This document shows, piece after piece, positions 9,140 through 20,200 of a DNA stretch of 50,046 nucleotides. This DNA comes from a virus. Positions within the stretch are counted from its first letter, which is position 1; every line of letters starts with the position of its first letter. The translations under genes and the position numbers were made by a program. The stretch is from the IMG/VR virus record IMGVR_UViG_3300018079_000006; one strand, 5' to 3'. The notes under the pieces were generated by a model. That model was given only the letters and a program-made list of their open reading frames with translations, had not been told where the DNA came from and made no database searches.

Positions 9140-9886
9140 ATGGATTTGGAAGAGCTGATAGTAGAAGTCAGGGAACGAATCGGTGAAGTTACGGAAGCAG
9201 ATTTCTTTACCGATGCCGAGGTCACGCGCGCGCTCAACGAGGGCCTTCGCCGGTTCTCTAATGAAGAGCGGTGGCCTTGGTTGTTCACCGAATTCTCGGG
9301 AACGACAACTATCGACGATGAGAACTTTGACCTTCCGGAGAACATCGCCCTGAACCGGGTATTCGGCCTAAATATCATGGACGACCTAACCCTAGCGGGT
9401 GGACAGATGCTGGAAAGAGTTCAACCTATGGAAGGTTTTCGGCTCAAGCACCAGTATCGCAATTACGATGGCGTTCCCAGATGGTACTATGTCTCGCATA
9501 CCAACCTAGATACGACCGCCGAGCCGCCCGTAATCTACACGGCCAAGCTTATTCCAGTACCGGACCTTGAATACGAAGTCACAGGTATCTACATGTTCGT
9601 TCCCCCCGCCCTGAGTGGAACGTCAGATGAGCCAGCGCTGCCGGAGGAGTACCAGGATGCCCTTCCGGCTTATGCGGCGGGTATCCTGTTCCTAAAGGAG
9701 CTTCAAATCTCCCAGAAGGCCGGTGAGCAGTTCGCGCTTTACAACGCGATCCTGGCGAATGCTGTCAAGGAGACCAAGCAGTTTGATGCTGATGAAGTCG
9801 TGGCTTGGGGCCGTTCGAAGCCAGTTCGTAGGATGGGGTTCGGCGAGTCGATCCTAAGCAGGATTCCTAGCACCCTGGGGCCGTAA
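9140..9886 (+). CDS. Tail tubular protein A / adaptor (T7 gp11-like)
   Basis: ATG 9140 after GGAAGGA. The N-terminal pattern EVRERIGEV...AEVTRALNEGLRRFSNEERWPW resembles T7 gp11 ILASIGEP...ARRILNKINRQIQSRGWTF. Confidence 0.45.
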   Translation: MDLEELIVEVRERIGEVTEADFFTDAEVTRALNEGLRRFSNEERWPWLFTEFSGTTTIDDENFDLPENIALNRVFGLNIMDDLTLAGGQMLERVQPMEGFRLKHQYRNYDGVPRWYYVSHTNLDTTAEPPVIYTAKLIPVPDLEYEVTGIYMFVPPALSGTSDEPALPEEYQDALPAYAAGILFLKELQISQKAGEQFALYNAILANAVKETKQFDADEVVAWGRSKPVRRMGFGESILSRIPSTLGP

Positions 9887-9888
9887 CC

Positions 9889-10698
9889 GTGGCTATCACG
9901 GTCGAGCGCCATGTCATCGATATAGCGCATGGCGATGCCGGGTTCGCGGTCACGTCTCCTACGTTCGGTGCCACCCCGGCCGATGACGACATCGTATTGT
10001 TTTGGGTTGCATCTGATCCTGTCTTTACGGAATTTCGGGCAACGGTAAATGGGGCAAACCCGGGATCAGCAAATTGCACCATCTTGGCGTCTTGGAATTC
10101 TCCAGGTTCGGTAAGCTTCAACCTTGAGCATTTGTATTTAGTGGCCCATCAATGTGTACCTGATTCGATTTCTAGTGATGCGCTCGTGATTGTGGGAGGT
10201 GAAATCGGAATTGGCTTGCAGCGCCTTCGCGGTACGGGTGGCTTTCCCACCCTAGTTAGTAGCGATGATGCGTGGAGTAGTCTTAACCCTGATACATCTC
10301 CAACGACACTACAGGTCGCAGCTCTAGCGGGAGCATATCAATTTAGAACATATTTCGCATTTTCGGATTCAGGCTTTTCCTCCGCCCCCCACGATTGGTC
10401 TACGGCTGACGGTACTCTTACTACGGTTGAAGATGCCGAGTCTAACGCTGGTAACGGTGTGGCTGGTGGTGCCATGGTAGGTTACGAGATCGATACCGTC
10501 GCTCCCGGGGCCGTGGATTTCACTGTTACATTTACTGGTTCAAACGCACTAGATGCCGGTGCGGGTGGGGCCTTACTGGATTTCGCGGTAGGACCTGCTG
10601 CTATCTCCCCGGATATGAGTTTCCCGTACGAGCGGCGTCGGGTCTCAGCCCAATCCTTGCCGTTCTCGCTTGATACCGGCCTCTTGAGGGAGCTGTAA
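9889..10698 (+). CDS. Hypothetical tail protein
   Basis: GTG start 2 nt after the preceding stop; 269 aa. Confidence 0.55.
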   Translation: MAITVERHVIDIAHGDAGFAVTSPTFGATPADDDIVLFWVASDPVFTEFRATVNGANPGSANCTILASWNSPGSVSFNLEHLYLVAHQCVPDSISSDALVIVGGEIGIGLQRLRGTGGFPTLVSSDDAWSSLNPDTSPTTLQVAALAGAYQFRTYFAFSDSGFSSAPHDWSTADGTLTTVEDAESNAGNGVAGGAMVGYEIDTVAPGAVDFTVTFTGSNALDAGAGGALLDFAVGPAAISPDMSFPYERRRVSAQSLPFSLDTGLLREL

Positions 10699-11294
10699 TG
10701 GTACAGATCGATCCAAAGCTTAAGAAGGTTCTCGAATCTATCATCAGGGCTTCGCAGGCCAACCAAGATCACTTGTCTGGTGAGGCAAAAGAATTCGCCC
10801 GCAAGTTCAATCAATTGGGCAATGACGTTTCCTCCCTGTTCGAATTGCTGGGGATCGAGTACAAAAACGAGTCCAACGAGGAATCTGGCCCCGACAGCTT
10901 TGGTAAGCCGCGGGCGATTGTAGAACTCTCGGATGATACGCCGGAGCCATTAGGGACGGCGGCGCCGGGAGATGATGATGAAGCCTCGCGCGACGATCAT
11001 GTCCACGCACATGGGGCGCTGTCCGCGCCTTCGAGTGCCCACGATGCTGACGATATCGATTTCGCGCCAGCGGCGGGTATTGCCGCGACGGATGTCCAGG
11101 CGGCTATCGTGGAGGACGCAGGAGACCTCGCGGCCCACCTGGCGGACACTTCAGACGCCCACGACGCGAGTGCTATCAGTATTGTAGATACGGGTGGTTT
11201 CTATACCGGGACTGACGTGGAAGCTGCGCTACAAGAGATCGAAGGAGGCGGAGGCGGGGCAGGAGGTTTCAAGTTCCCGTTCTTCATTTCGTAG
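10698..11294 (+). CDS. Tail fibre-like protein
   Basis: Fibre-type motifs DDHVHAHG, SAHDADDIDF and SDAHDASAISI...TDVEAALQEIEGGGGG. Confidence 0.6.
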   Translation: MVQIDPKLKKVLESIIRASQANQDHLSGEAKEFARKFNQLGNDVSSLFELLGIEYKNESNEESGPDSFGKPRAIVELSDDTPEPLGTAAPGDDDEASRDDHVHAHGALSAPSSAHDADDIDFAPAAGIAATDVQAAIVEDAGDLAAHLADTSDAHDASAISIVDTGGFYTGTDVEAALQEIEGGGGGAGGFKFPFFIS

Positions 11295-11309
11295 CCCTAC
11301 GGAGTAGAG

Positions 11310-11633
11310 ATGGCAGAGACACTCAAAAAATTGGCGCAGTCGTTGATCGACACTACAGTCGAGGCTATCTACACGGTCCCTTCTGTTACCACGACCATCA
11401 TCAAGCATATCGTAATCACGAACAACACGGCTGGCGCTGTGACTGGGATTACGCTTTATCATGACGGAACCGCTGACCTGAATTGCATTCTGCCGGGAGT
11501 AGACTTGGCAGCCGGTGAGTGGGGCGAATTCGAGGGCGTTATCACCATGGAGACTGGTGATACTCTCCAGTGTAAGTCGCTGACGGGGGACGACGTAGCA
11601 GCTATCACGGTCTACGGTATGGAGTTCACGTAA
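11310..11633 (+). CDS. Small fibre-module protein, paralogue of 8786-9124
   Basis: 107 aa; see the alignment given for 8786-9124. Confidence 0.6.
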   Translation: MAETLKKLAQSLIDTTVEAIYTVPSVTTTIIKHIVITNNTAGAVTGITLYHDGTADLNCILPGVDLAAGEWGEFEGVITMETGDTLQCKSLTGDDVAAITVYGMEFT

Positions 11634-11634
11634 C

Positions 11635-12546
11635 ATGTGGACGTTCTATACGGAAGACGGCGAGCAGAAGGTTGTCTCTCTCGGCAACGCCGATGTACAA
11701 GTCTTCACGGCTGTCGGTGCCGGAACGTGGGTCAAGCCTGCCGGAGCAACTATGGCAACGATCATCTGTATCGGTGCCGGTGCGGGCGGCGGCTCGGGGC
11801 GTGAGGGAGCACCGGGCGCCATCAGAGGTGGCGGAGGGGGCGGCGGTGGAGGCGCTATAGTGTATAGCCACATCCCCATCTCTCTCCTGGCTGCAACTGA
11901 AGCAGTTCAGGTTGGGACTGGCGGCGCTGGCGGCCCGGCGGCAGGTGCAGACGACACGAACGGCAACGCCGGTACAGCGGGTACAGACTCGTTCTTCGGG
12001 ACCACGGGAACCTGGGTCCGGGCCGACGGCGGAAGCGGCGGCGCCGCCGGGACTGCCGGGCCGGGCGGAGCAGGCGGAGCTGGAGGACAGGTTACTGGCT
12101 GCCGGGGCATGCATGCTGTTACGGGAGGGACTGGCGGGACGACCGATACAGCGGCAGCAGGGCCTGGCGATGACCAGGACGGCCTGAGTGCGACACCGAG
12201 ATACGGCGCCCCCGGAGGCGGGGCTGGCGGAGCGATCAACGCCGCCGACACCGCGAGGAATGGCGGCCAGGGCGGAAACGCATTCGACGTCGCCGGTGGA
12301 GCCGGAAGCGCTGGAGACGGCGCGACCGCCGGGGTTGCCGGAACCGGAGTGACCGCCACCGAACCAAGGGCAGGATCGGCCGGAGGCGGGAGCGGCGGGC
12401 AGCAGTCTGCCGGAGCCACCGGAGTCGGCGGTGCTGGCGGGATCTATGGCGCAGGCGGTGGCGGTAGCGGAGGAAACCGAAACACTGCTACCGGTAATGC
12501 TGGCGGAGCAGGAGCCCAAGGAATTGTCATCGTGGTGAGTGTATAA
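11635..12546 (+). CDS. Glycine-rich tail protein
   Basis: N-terminus MWTFYTEDGEQK followed by long GGxGG/GAGG tracts. Confidence 0.65.
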   Translation: MWTFYTEDGEQKVVSLGNADVQVFTAVGAGTWVKPAGATMATIICIGAGAGGGSGREGAPGAIRGGGGGGGGGAIVYSHIPISLLAATEAVQVGTGGAGGPAAGADDTNGNAGTAGTDSFFGTTGTWVRADGGSGGAAGTAGPGGAGGAGGQVTGCRGMHAVTGGTGGTTDTAAAGPGDDQDGLSATPRYGAPGGGAGGAINAADTARNGGQGGNAFDVAGGAGSAGDGATAGVAGTGVTATEPRAGSAGGGSGGQQSAGATGVGGAGGIYGAGGGGSGGNRNTATGNAGGAGAQGIVIVVSV

Positions 12547-13406
12547 TGAGGGGATGGACGTTCTACGATAGTTCGGGGCGGCGCAAGCTTTCCGCCGCCG
12601 GTCCGGTGGGTGGTGCCGAGCACAACATCTTGTCAACGACGCACCCCGATACGCTCACGACTCCGGTACCAGAAGCAGGTGACAGCCTCTCCTTTGATGG
12701 TGCAGATTGGGTAGCAGACGAACCTTCTTTGGTAGTCAACCGTACAGCATATCGTTGGGGAGAAGAGTTTCTCCACAAGATTGCTGCCACTGAAGGTAAC
12801 TTTGCCCGGACCCGTGTGATAGCCGTAGCAGGCGGTGGTAATATTTCGAATATTCCCCCGGAAGCTAGTCATCCTGGTATTGTCCGCATGGAGACTAACG
12901 CCAGCTCCACGGCTCGTACCATGGCTGCGGTCGGTGACGTTAACTCGGTTCTCTTTGGTTCCGGTCGGGTAAGGGTAACTTTTTGGATTCGTACCTCGAC
13001 TAACTTATCAGATGGTACGGATAGATATACTTATCGCATTGGCTTCAATGCTACTTCAGACATGGACTCAGCCGATGCCATCATGTTCCGGTACGTAGAT
13101 AATGTGAACAGCGGCAAGTGGCAGGCTGTGACCCGTAACGACACAGTTGAGACATCGACTGATACAGGCATTACAGTAGCTGCTAATACTTGGTACCGAT
13201 TGGAGATTGACATCAATTCGGCGGCGACTTCGGTAATATTCAAAATCGACGGTACTACTGTAGCTACTGTTGCTACCAACATCCCATCCGGGGCGGGTGA
13301 CGAGTCTCAAGTCATGGCGGTCATCACAAAAAGCTTGGGAACGGCCATGCGCTACCTGGATATTGATGCCATCAAGTTTACGATGAACTTTGCTACAGCG
13401 AGGTAA
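12546..13406 (+). CDS. Tail protein sharing the WTFY N-terminus, beta-rich C-terminal domain
   Basis: N-terminus MRGWTFYDSSGRRK matches the start of the preceding gene; TAATG junction. Confidence 0.6.
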   Translation: MRGWTFYDSSGRRKLSAAGPVGGAEHNILSTTHPDTLTTPVPEAGDSLSFDGADWVADEPSLVVNRTAYRWGEEFLHKIAATEGNFARTRVIAVAGGGNISNIPPEASHPGIVRMETNASSTARTMAAVGDVNSVLFGSGRVRVTFWIRTSTNLSDGTDRYTYRIGFNATSDMDSADAIMFRYVDNVNSGKWQAVTRNDTVETSTDTGITVAANTWYRLEIDINSAATSVIFKIDGTTVATVATNIPSGAGDESQVMAVITKSLGTAMRYLDIDAIKFTMNFATAR

Positions 13407-13407
13407 C

Positions 13408-15423
13408 ATGCCCATAGATGTCGCACCTAATCGAATCGAGTTGTCGGAACTTCGTGGCGGTTTTGCGCCCGATCCGGAGGAAGCTAGTCTACCCCTAGAC
13501 CAGTCGCCGGATTTGATGAACTTGCTGCCAGATCCCGGTTCGGGTTCGGTAGAGCTCCGCAAGGGCTACGCTCGTCTCCTGGCGGGACGCTTAGATAGCT
13601 TATCCGGCACGCATTACATCCGCCACGTTAACTATTACGAGCTGATTGTCAGTGGCACGCGCAAGAAGTTCTTGGTGTGTGTGCTGACCAGCAGCGTAAA
13701 TGCATCTGCCAACAATATCCAGATTTTCGTGTATAACTTTGCTGCCGATACTTTTACCCGGGTAGACACGGTGGGTCGCTCGTGGGCTAAGGCTGACACC
13801 GAGCACTGGTACGCGATCGTAGAGGGCACATACTACGGTGGGACGCGCGGTGAAGTCATCTATTCGTGGCATCCTACAACCGGCTGGGACGCAGACCCGA
13901 CGACTCCCGATGTGAGAGATTGGCAGGACAATGTTGGCAATGCAATTAATACAGCCACGCAATATGGCCGCAACTTTGCTTTCAAGAAGGGAACAAAAAC
14001 CGAATTCAACTCAAGATTCTACTCTGCCCTGCGGGGCATCCGGTTCAAGACCTGGGAGAGCGGGGAGAGGTACAACAAGGGCGAACGCGTCTCTCGCAAG
14101 GTGAACCACGGGACGAGTACGTACTTTCGATCTTTCGAGTGCATCAAGACGAACACGTCGGATGCAACCAACAGGCCGGGAGATGGAACGGGTACACCAA
14201 CAGATTTCTGGAAGAATATCCGACTCAAGAACATCAAGGATGAGGACGGTGATATCACAAGTGACTGGGCATACATGCCGCTTCCGGGGAAGGGGGTGAT
14301 CGGCACCTATCATGGGAACCGCCTGTGGGTACGACACGACGACGCCGACAATTGGGGAAGACTCCAATACAGCGCCCCTGCAAAGCCCGAAAAAGATACA
14401 CTCATCTCCGACCTGGACTTTCGCCCTACCGACTGGGCTCCTGTTGACGACGATGACGGGGACGGGGGCGGTTGGTTCACGGTCCCGTTCTCGAAAGGTG
14501 ATGCAATCCGGGCGCTGTACGCAAACGGGAGCTATCTAGTCATCTGTGGCCGGTGGGAGAGCTTCGTCCTCGCGGGGGTTAACGAGCAGACGTGGAACCT
14601 ACGCCCCCTGGGCAAACTGGGGACCATAGGCCCGGGATGTATCACGGAGCATAAGGGGCTCGTCTACTTCTTATCCCCGACTGGGCAGTTGTGTATGACG
14701 GATGGTACGAGTATCGATGTCGCCCCCGGATTCGAAAAGGTACGCGAGTGGATAAAGACTCGCGTTGACAAGGTATACCAAGATACTCTCCTGTCGAGGC
14801 CCTCGATAGTATCTTACGGACCATTCATCCTGATGTCGATGGCAGACTCGGACAGCGCTGATTACACGCTAGTTTATCATCCGGACACCGCTTCTTTCTG
14901 GTTGTGGGACATCCCCATCCGCGACATGGCGGTAGGTGAAAGAGGAAAGTCTCAGCGGTTGTGGTTTGCTACCGCTATTACCAAGCAGGCGGGGGAGCGC
15001 CCGTGTTTGTTCCAGCTCACGGATGATCCCGGATCTGAAGCATTTGTAGACGATGATTTCACCGCGGCCGCCGCTTCCGCATCTACAGCTGATATCACCT
15101 GGCGCTACCGCACCGGCTGGTTCCAGTTCGGGCTGACGCGGAACGAGCGCAGACTCCGGCGCTTGTGGGCGCTCGTGGCCGGTGAGACCGGCGAGCAAGT
15201 GACAATTGCCATGCACAGGAATTTTGAAGAGGGGACGGACAACACGACCGTAAATCGTACCTTAGCCGGTACTGCTCAAGGCGAGTTCGTCGAGGGCAAA
15301 GTTGCCTCGACTCATGGTCACGCGATCGGCGTCAAACTGAGCGGAACCGCTAACGCACATACTGCTATCCACGGCATTGGTATCGACACAGAGCCACTGC
15401 GGACTAGGTTCAAGAGAGGGTAA
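13408..15423 (+). CDS. Tail tubular protein B / nozzle (T7 gp12-like)
   Basis: ATG 13408 after GAGG; 671 aa. The N-terminal pattern LRGGFAPDP...QSPDLMNLL...GSVELRKGY resembles gp12 LKGGISQQPD...Q..N...GLQKRP. It precedes the internal virion proteins. Confidence 0.45.
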   Translation: MPIDVAPNRIELSELRGGFAPDPEEASLPLDQSPDLMNLLPDPGSGSVELRKGYARLLAGRLDSLSGTHYIRHVNYYELIVSGTRKKFLVCVLTSSVNASANNIQIFVYNFAADTFTRVDTVGRSWAKADTEHWYAIVEGTYYGGTRGEVIYSWHPTTGWDADPTTPDVRDWQDNVGNAINTATQYGRNFAFKKGTKTEFNSRFYSALRGIRFKTWESGERYNKGERVSRKVNHGTSTYFRSFECIKTNTSDATNRPGDGTGTPTDFWKNIRLKNIKDEDGDITSDWAYMPLPGKGVIGTYHGNRLWVRHDDADNWGRLQYSAPAKPEKDTLISDLDFRPTDWAPVDDDDGDGGGWFTVPFSKGDAIRALYANGSYLVICGRWESFVLAGVNEQTWNLRPLGKLGTIGPGCITEHKGLVYFLSPTGQLCMTDGTSIDVAPGFEKVREWIKTRVDKVYQDTLLSRPSIVSYGPFILMSMADSDSADYTLVYHPDTASFWLWDIPIRDMAVGERGKSQRLWFATAITKQAGERPCLFQLTDDPGSEAFVDDDFTAAAASASTADITWRYRTGWFQFGLTRNERRLRRLWALVAGETGEQVTIAMHRNFEEGTDNTTVNRTLAGTAQGEFVEGKVASTHGHAIGVKLSGTANAHTAIHGIGIDTEPLRTRFKRG

Positions 15424-15424
15424 T

Positions 15425-16210
15425 ATGCCACTTCCATCGGGTGAGATGGGTCAAGGGGGAGCCCCAAAGCGTAAGAGAAATACTCAGGCGAATTCTATTT
15501 CTAAGGGTGGTGGATCAGGATTCCAGTTTGACTTCAGTTCGCTGACGGGCGGAGATCTTCCCGCTCTCGACCCGGCCGCCATCGCCAACTACTACGGCCA
15601 GATTCAGACGATGCAGGCTCAGCTTGCTAATACTCTTGCTGGCCTGAGACAACAGAGGGTTGGACTCAGAGGAGAAGCTGGAGTAGCCAGACAAGACGTA
15701 AAGGCCGAGGGACGGGCCGCGATGACTGAGACCGTAAATACCGGTCTTGAGCGCGGGATGTCCGGTGGGAGTGCCGATTTGGCTGGTCGGGCAGGCGTTC
15801 GCGCGGATGTCGCGGGCGGAATCGCGGATGTGAATCGATCCTTGTATAACCAGCTTGCCGAGAGTAGGATGCAGGGGACTGCCGCCGCCCTCGGGTTTGA
15901 CCAGGCTTCGCAGCAGCTTGAGATGAGTGCAATCGCCCAGCGAATGTCGCTAGCCCAACAGCAGGAAGCGAACCAGATTGCTATCCGCACCGCCAAGATG
16001 CAGGCATCCGCTACTGCTCAGAGTACAGCCGCCCAGATGGCGATGGCGCAGAAGCAACTACGGATTGAGAGGCAAACCGCGAAGGGCATGAAGGCTCAAG
16101 CAAATGATCCGACAGCTATTTGGGCTCAGTTCGGATTGACACCTCCTGGGGCACCCACAAGATCTGCTTTCCCCGGCAGAGTAAGTTCAACGGGGGAGTT
16201 TAGATACTAA
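15425..16210 (+). CDS. Internal virion protein (gp14-position), Q/A-rich helical
   Basis: ATG 15425 one nt after the preceding stop; low-complexity AQ-rich helices. Confidence 0.5.
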   Translation: MPLPSGEMGQGGAPKRKRNTQANSISKGGGSGFQFDFSSLTGGDLPALDPAAIANYYGQIQTMQAQLANTLAGLRQQRVGLRGEAGVARQDVKAEGRAAMTETVNTGLERGMSGGSADLAGRAGVRADVAGGIADVNRSLYNQLAESRMQGTAAALGFDQASQQLEMSAIAQRMSLAQQQEANQIAIRTAKMQASATAQSTAAQMAMAQKQLRIERQTAKGMKAQANDPTAIWAQFGLTPPGAPTRSAFPGRVSSTGEFRY

Positions 16211-17283
16211 TGGCGCAAACCTATGGAACTATTGTAGCCAGGCGCAACATGAGGGCTATTAGCAGATTGTCCGATAGAGCAAAAGCATCGGCTAGGCGGG
16301 TTCAATCCTCTGAGATGAAGACGAGGGAGATGTACGGCCAGGCAATGGCCGGTACAATCGCGCAAGCATATGATCCCGCCCAGGCGAGGGGGACTGCGGG
16401 GAAAATGACTCTGCAATCTCGCGTGGCTCAGGCAAAGGCAGCCGCGGCCGTCTCACAGGTCAGTACGGGCGTTTATGAGGCCGGAAAGGCCGCGTTGCCG
16501 ATTGCTCAAGATGCGGCGATGGCGCGAGTTACGCAGGCGGCCAAGCCGTCTGTGATTTCCGCCAAGAGCGCATTGGCTGAAGCAGATGCATATGTCAAGC
16601 AGATCGGTATCGACATGAAGAAGATGGATTGGTCCGCGAAGGCGGCAATCTACGAGTCGATCGTTTCACAGAATTTTGAGATGGCTAGGATGCAATTCGC
16701 CTCGCAACTCGAACTTGAAAGCCAGCAAAAGATGTTTGACTTGCAGCAGAAAATGGCCGCAGACGCTAAGCTTGAAGGAGCACCGGCCGTCGTGGAGGCT
16801 GTGGGGGCGCCGATGTCGCAGTTGGTCGTGGACCTTCAAGAAGCTTTGAAAAACAAGCAAGAGGATGGCACGATCAAGGTTGGAGATAATAACCTGAACG
16901 TGGCCGACTTTGCCCGCCAATGGGCCGCCTCCAATACGGTAGATCCGGCCGCCACGGCGCTTTTGACGGATATCATGTACAAGGCGGTTATGGGTGGGGC
17001 AGGTCATATCGGAGAAAATGGACTACCCGATTTCGGATGGGTCAAGGGCTTGATGAGAAATTCGATCACAAATGCCTACCCGGGTTACTCGGACTATGCC
17101 TCTGATATCGATGCGGCATTGACTCCGAAGCTATACGGCGCGACGTTGAATCAGAACATGGCCGGTGGAGGACTCTCCTGGTCGGGCTTCTTTGGCCCGG
17201 GCGGACCTCTTAGTGCGGAGCAATTTGGTCTTGCCGCCGAACTGACAAAATACGCGCCGATGGTGGGCGGCGGACTAATCTAA
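16210..17283 (+). CDS. Internal virion protein (gp15-position)
   Basis: 357 aa with a TAATG junction, located between the gp14-position and giant proteins. Confidence 0.5.
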   Translation: MAQTYGTIVARRNMRAISRLSDRAKASARRVQSSEMKTREMYGQAMAGTIAQAYDPAQARGTAGKMTLQSRVAQAKAAAAVSQVSTGVYEAGKAALPIAQDAAMARVTQAAKPSVISAKSALAEADAYVKQIGIDMKKMDWSAKAAIYESIVSQNFEMARMQFASQLELESQQKMFDLQQKMAADAKLEGAPAVVEAVGAPMSQLVVDLQEALKNKQEDGTIKVGDNNLNVADFARQWAASNTVDPAATALLTDIMYKAVMGGAGHIGENGLPDFGWVKGLMRNSITNAYPGYSDYASDIDAALTPKLYGATLNQNMAGGGLSWSGFFGPGGPLSAEQFGLAAELTKYAPMVGGGLI

Positions 17284-17296
17284 TGGGAGAAGTAAC

Positions 17297-20200
17297 TTGT
17301 CAACACCTCTAGAGCGGATGCTACCGGTACCTGCCGGTCTGCCCACTCCCCAAGGAATGCCCCTACCGGCGCCGGACCCGAACACGTTCGGACTCGGCCC
17401 GTTAGACGCACAGTCTTCTCTGTCAGCGTTTCTCCCGCAACAGCTTCAGATTCAGACACCAGGAATAGTTGCTGCGGGGGATGACTGGTTAACTAGAATG
17501 ACCACTGCTCTTGGCGGATCGGGCAACGCCGACCCCGCCGAGACTCTTCTCGGGGCTAATCAGCAAACGGATCGCGCGCTCGCAAGAATCGCCCAGGTAA
17601 ATCCAGAGCTTGCAGAGCAGTTGTCTGTTCAACGCGGGGAAGAGCCCGATAGTCCGGGTTTCTTTGGTCGTATCTTGCAGACGGTTGCGTCTTCGCCGCT
17701 GGGGAAGGCGCTGGAAATCATCACCAGGCCGGGAAGAATCATTCCCGAGATCCTGACTGATGGAGACGAGAGCATCTGGAAGAACGTGGGTGATGCCCTT
17801 AGCGGGCATTCCGACGCCACGATGGGCGACTGGCTCGAACAAATGAATATCATGCAGGGCGATGACCTCCTGTCCAAAATCGGGCGGGGGGTTACGTCAT
17901 TTGGCTTGGATGTTGCCGTAGACCCGCTGACGTATATGACTGCCGGTCTGGGATCAGTCGGCCGGATTGGAGCTACGAGGTTCGGCTCGATGACCGCTGC
18001 CAAGGCTGTGATGTATGGGGAAGGCTTGTCCACTCTGGACAATATTGCATCTACTTTAGGCAAGAAAGCCCTTAACCTTGCCGACGATGCTCCCTGGGAT
18101 CAAGTAAGGGCCAAGGCATTTGAACACTGGTGGAAGACGATTACAGACCCGCGAATGGGCCGGTCGGGGAAGTGGGGTGCTTTAGCAGACGATTTGTCCG
18201 TCGTTCACCAAGACTTTATCGGAGGGCCGCTAGGCATGGCCTTGCACGGGGCTGATAAAGCCGTTGCTCTTCACGCTTTGAAAGTTGCGGACGAGGCGCA
18301 CAAGGTCATCGGTAAATTTGGGCTTAACCGGCTCGGGCCAAAGATGGCCGAGCAATTCGGTATCCCGATAGACGAGATGACTAAGATTCTTCAAGCTCAA
18401 AAGATCGTAGGAAAGTTCGGGACCCGGGCGGAATACATGCAAGGACGTTATGCAGCCTCACTTCTTGGGGGGGTTCGATTCAGCCTGCCCGGTATCAGGA
18501 TTATTACTCCCGCTATATGGGGCACGGCCAAGATGGATATGAGCATCGCCAGGCGCTTCATGAGCGGCCTGAGCGGGCAATATAGAATCATGAGAGCTGT
18601 GGAACGTAAGACGCTTGACCCCTTTCTTGCCCGCCAAGCTCTCGAAGCCGCTACGACAGGTGGGTGGAACGGGCTGAAGCAGGCAGTTCCGCAAGTGGCA
18701 CAGCACTTTGGTGGACCGGGAGGTAGGCTGGGAACTGCGTTTGCTAGTGCCTCGTGGCAGATTGGTGGGATCACCCGTAACTTAGGCTCGTTTGCTCTCG
18801 TGCGCGGGGGCGGGCTCGGTACCGCACTGTCTGCTGACGCGCGGAAGACGGTTCGGTCTATCAAAGCAACCCTTCAAAGGGAAGCGCTCGAACTTGCAAA
18901 CGACGTGGACTTAGACGATCCCAAGCCCTTGGAAGACCTTGCTAATTCCGGCTTGAAGCTAGACGCTGTTGGTGACGTATCCAAACGCGGTACTGGCCGC
19001 ATGTCTGTGCCGGAGACTCAGAGGACGCTTCACCAACTCGACCGGCTAGTCAGGGAAAAGTATCCAGATGATCCGACGATCGTGATTCGCGCCTTGGAGT
19101 CGTTCCCAGATTATCGAGCGCAACAAATGGGCGCGGAACGTTGGTACAGCGAACGCACCGGGATCATCCAGAGGAACAAATTGCCCGACGATGTGATAGA
19201 GCAGATGTTGAAGACCAATGAGATTAGACTCTCGCACGCGAAGCAAGTCGAGCTTCTGATGAAGGAGTCGCCAGAGATCGGCTTAGCGGCTCGGATTTAC
19301 CGCCTTGCGGCTAAACAGACCGTAAAGATCCATAACGAGTTCGGAGGCCACACGGCCAACAGCACTATTCGCGCCGGGGCGGAGCCGGTGATTCACCCTG
19401 CCAACAGGCAGGTCGTGGAGACCGGGCACGTTTTACAGCACGGGAAGACTTATGTGCAGCGGGCCACCCGCCGGGAGGGCGTGGGTCCTGGTTTCGAGCT
19501 GGAAGATGTAGTAGACACTCCGTTCGGGCGCGGGTACGACCTGGAAGAGATTGATGAATTTGCCCCGCCGGTCCAGCCGGAAGCTCCTGGTACTAAGGGA
19601 GCCCCAGAGGGACCAGAGGGGCCAAGAGGTGGACCGGAACGGCCTTCTCCTGAGTCCCCGGAGCTTCCCCCGATCGAAATAGACATTGAGGGCAACAGCG
19701 TAAGGATCGACTTCGAAGGTTACGATAACGCCGCGAGCGGCAGGGCCGGACTGGACGCTGAGATCGACGAATCGGGCAATATCGTGATCCAGGGGGTCGG
19801 TCTCCCCGAAGAACTGCGGGGTCGCGGCCTCGGCAAGAAGATGTATCACAGGTTAGCCGACGAGGCTGAAAAGCGCGGCGGCGTCTTGATGTCTGATGTA
19901 ACTCTATCCGGGGACGCCCAAGAGCTTTGGCGCTCTTTGGCTAAGCGGAGTCCCAATCTCGTCGAGCCCCCCGACTTCGACAAGACGTTTAACTGGGTCA
20001 TGGACGCCTCCAAGCCCGCCGCCAAAGATCAGGGCGCCAAGGCGGACGCCTTCCTAAAGAATATAGAAGATGAGACCCAGAAGATGCTCGATGGCATCGA
20101 GTTAGACGACGTTCGAGAGCTTGACGATATCACTGACGCGGCAACCCAAGGCGAGGAAGCGTTTGCTGCGATCCAGAAGCAGTTAGATCTCGTAGCTAAA

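Noticed and set aside
11626-12636. 336-aa minus-strand ORF antisense to the glycine-rich tail gene
   Set aside because: It is the reverse complement of GGN repeats, which gives Pro/Ala/Ser/Arg-rich nonsense. No stop codons arise simply because of the GC-rich repeats.
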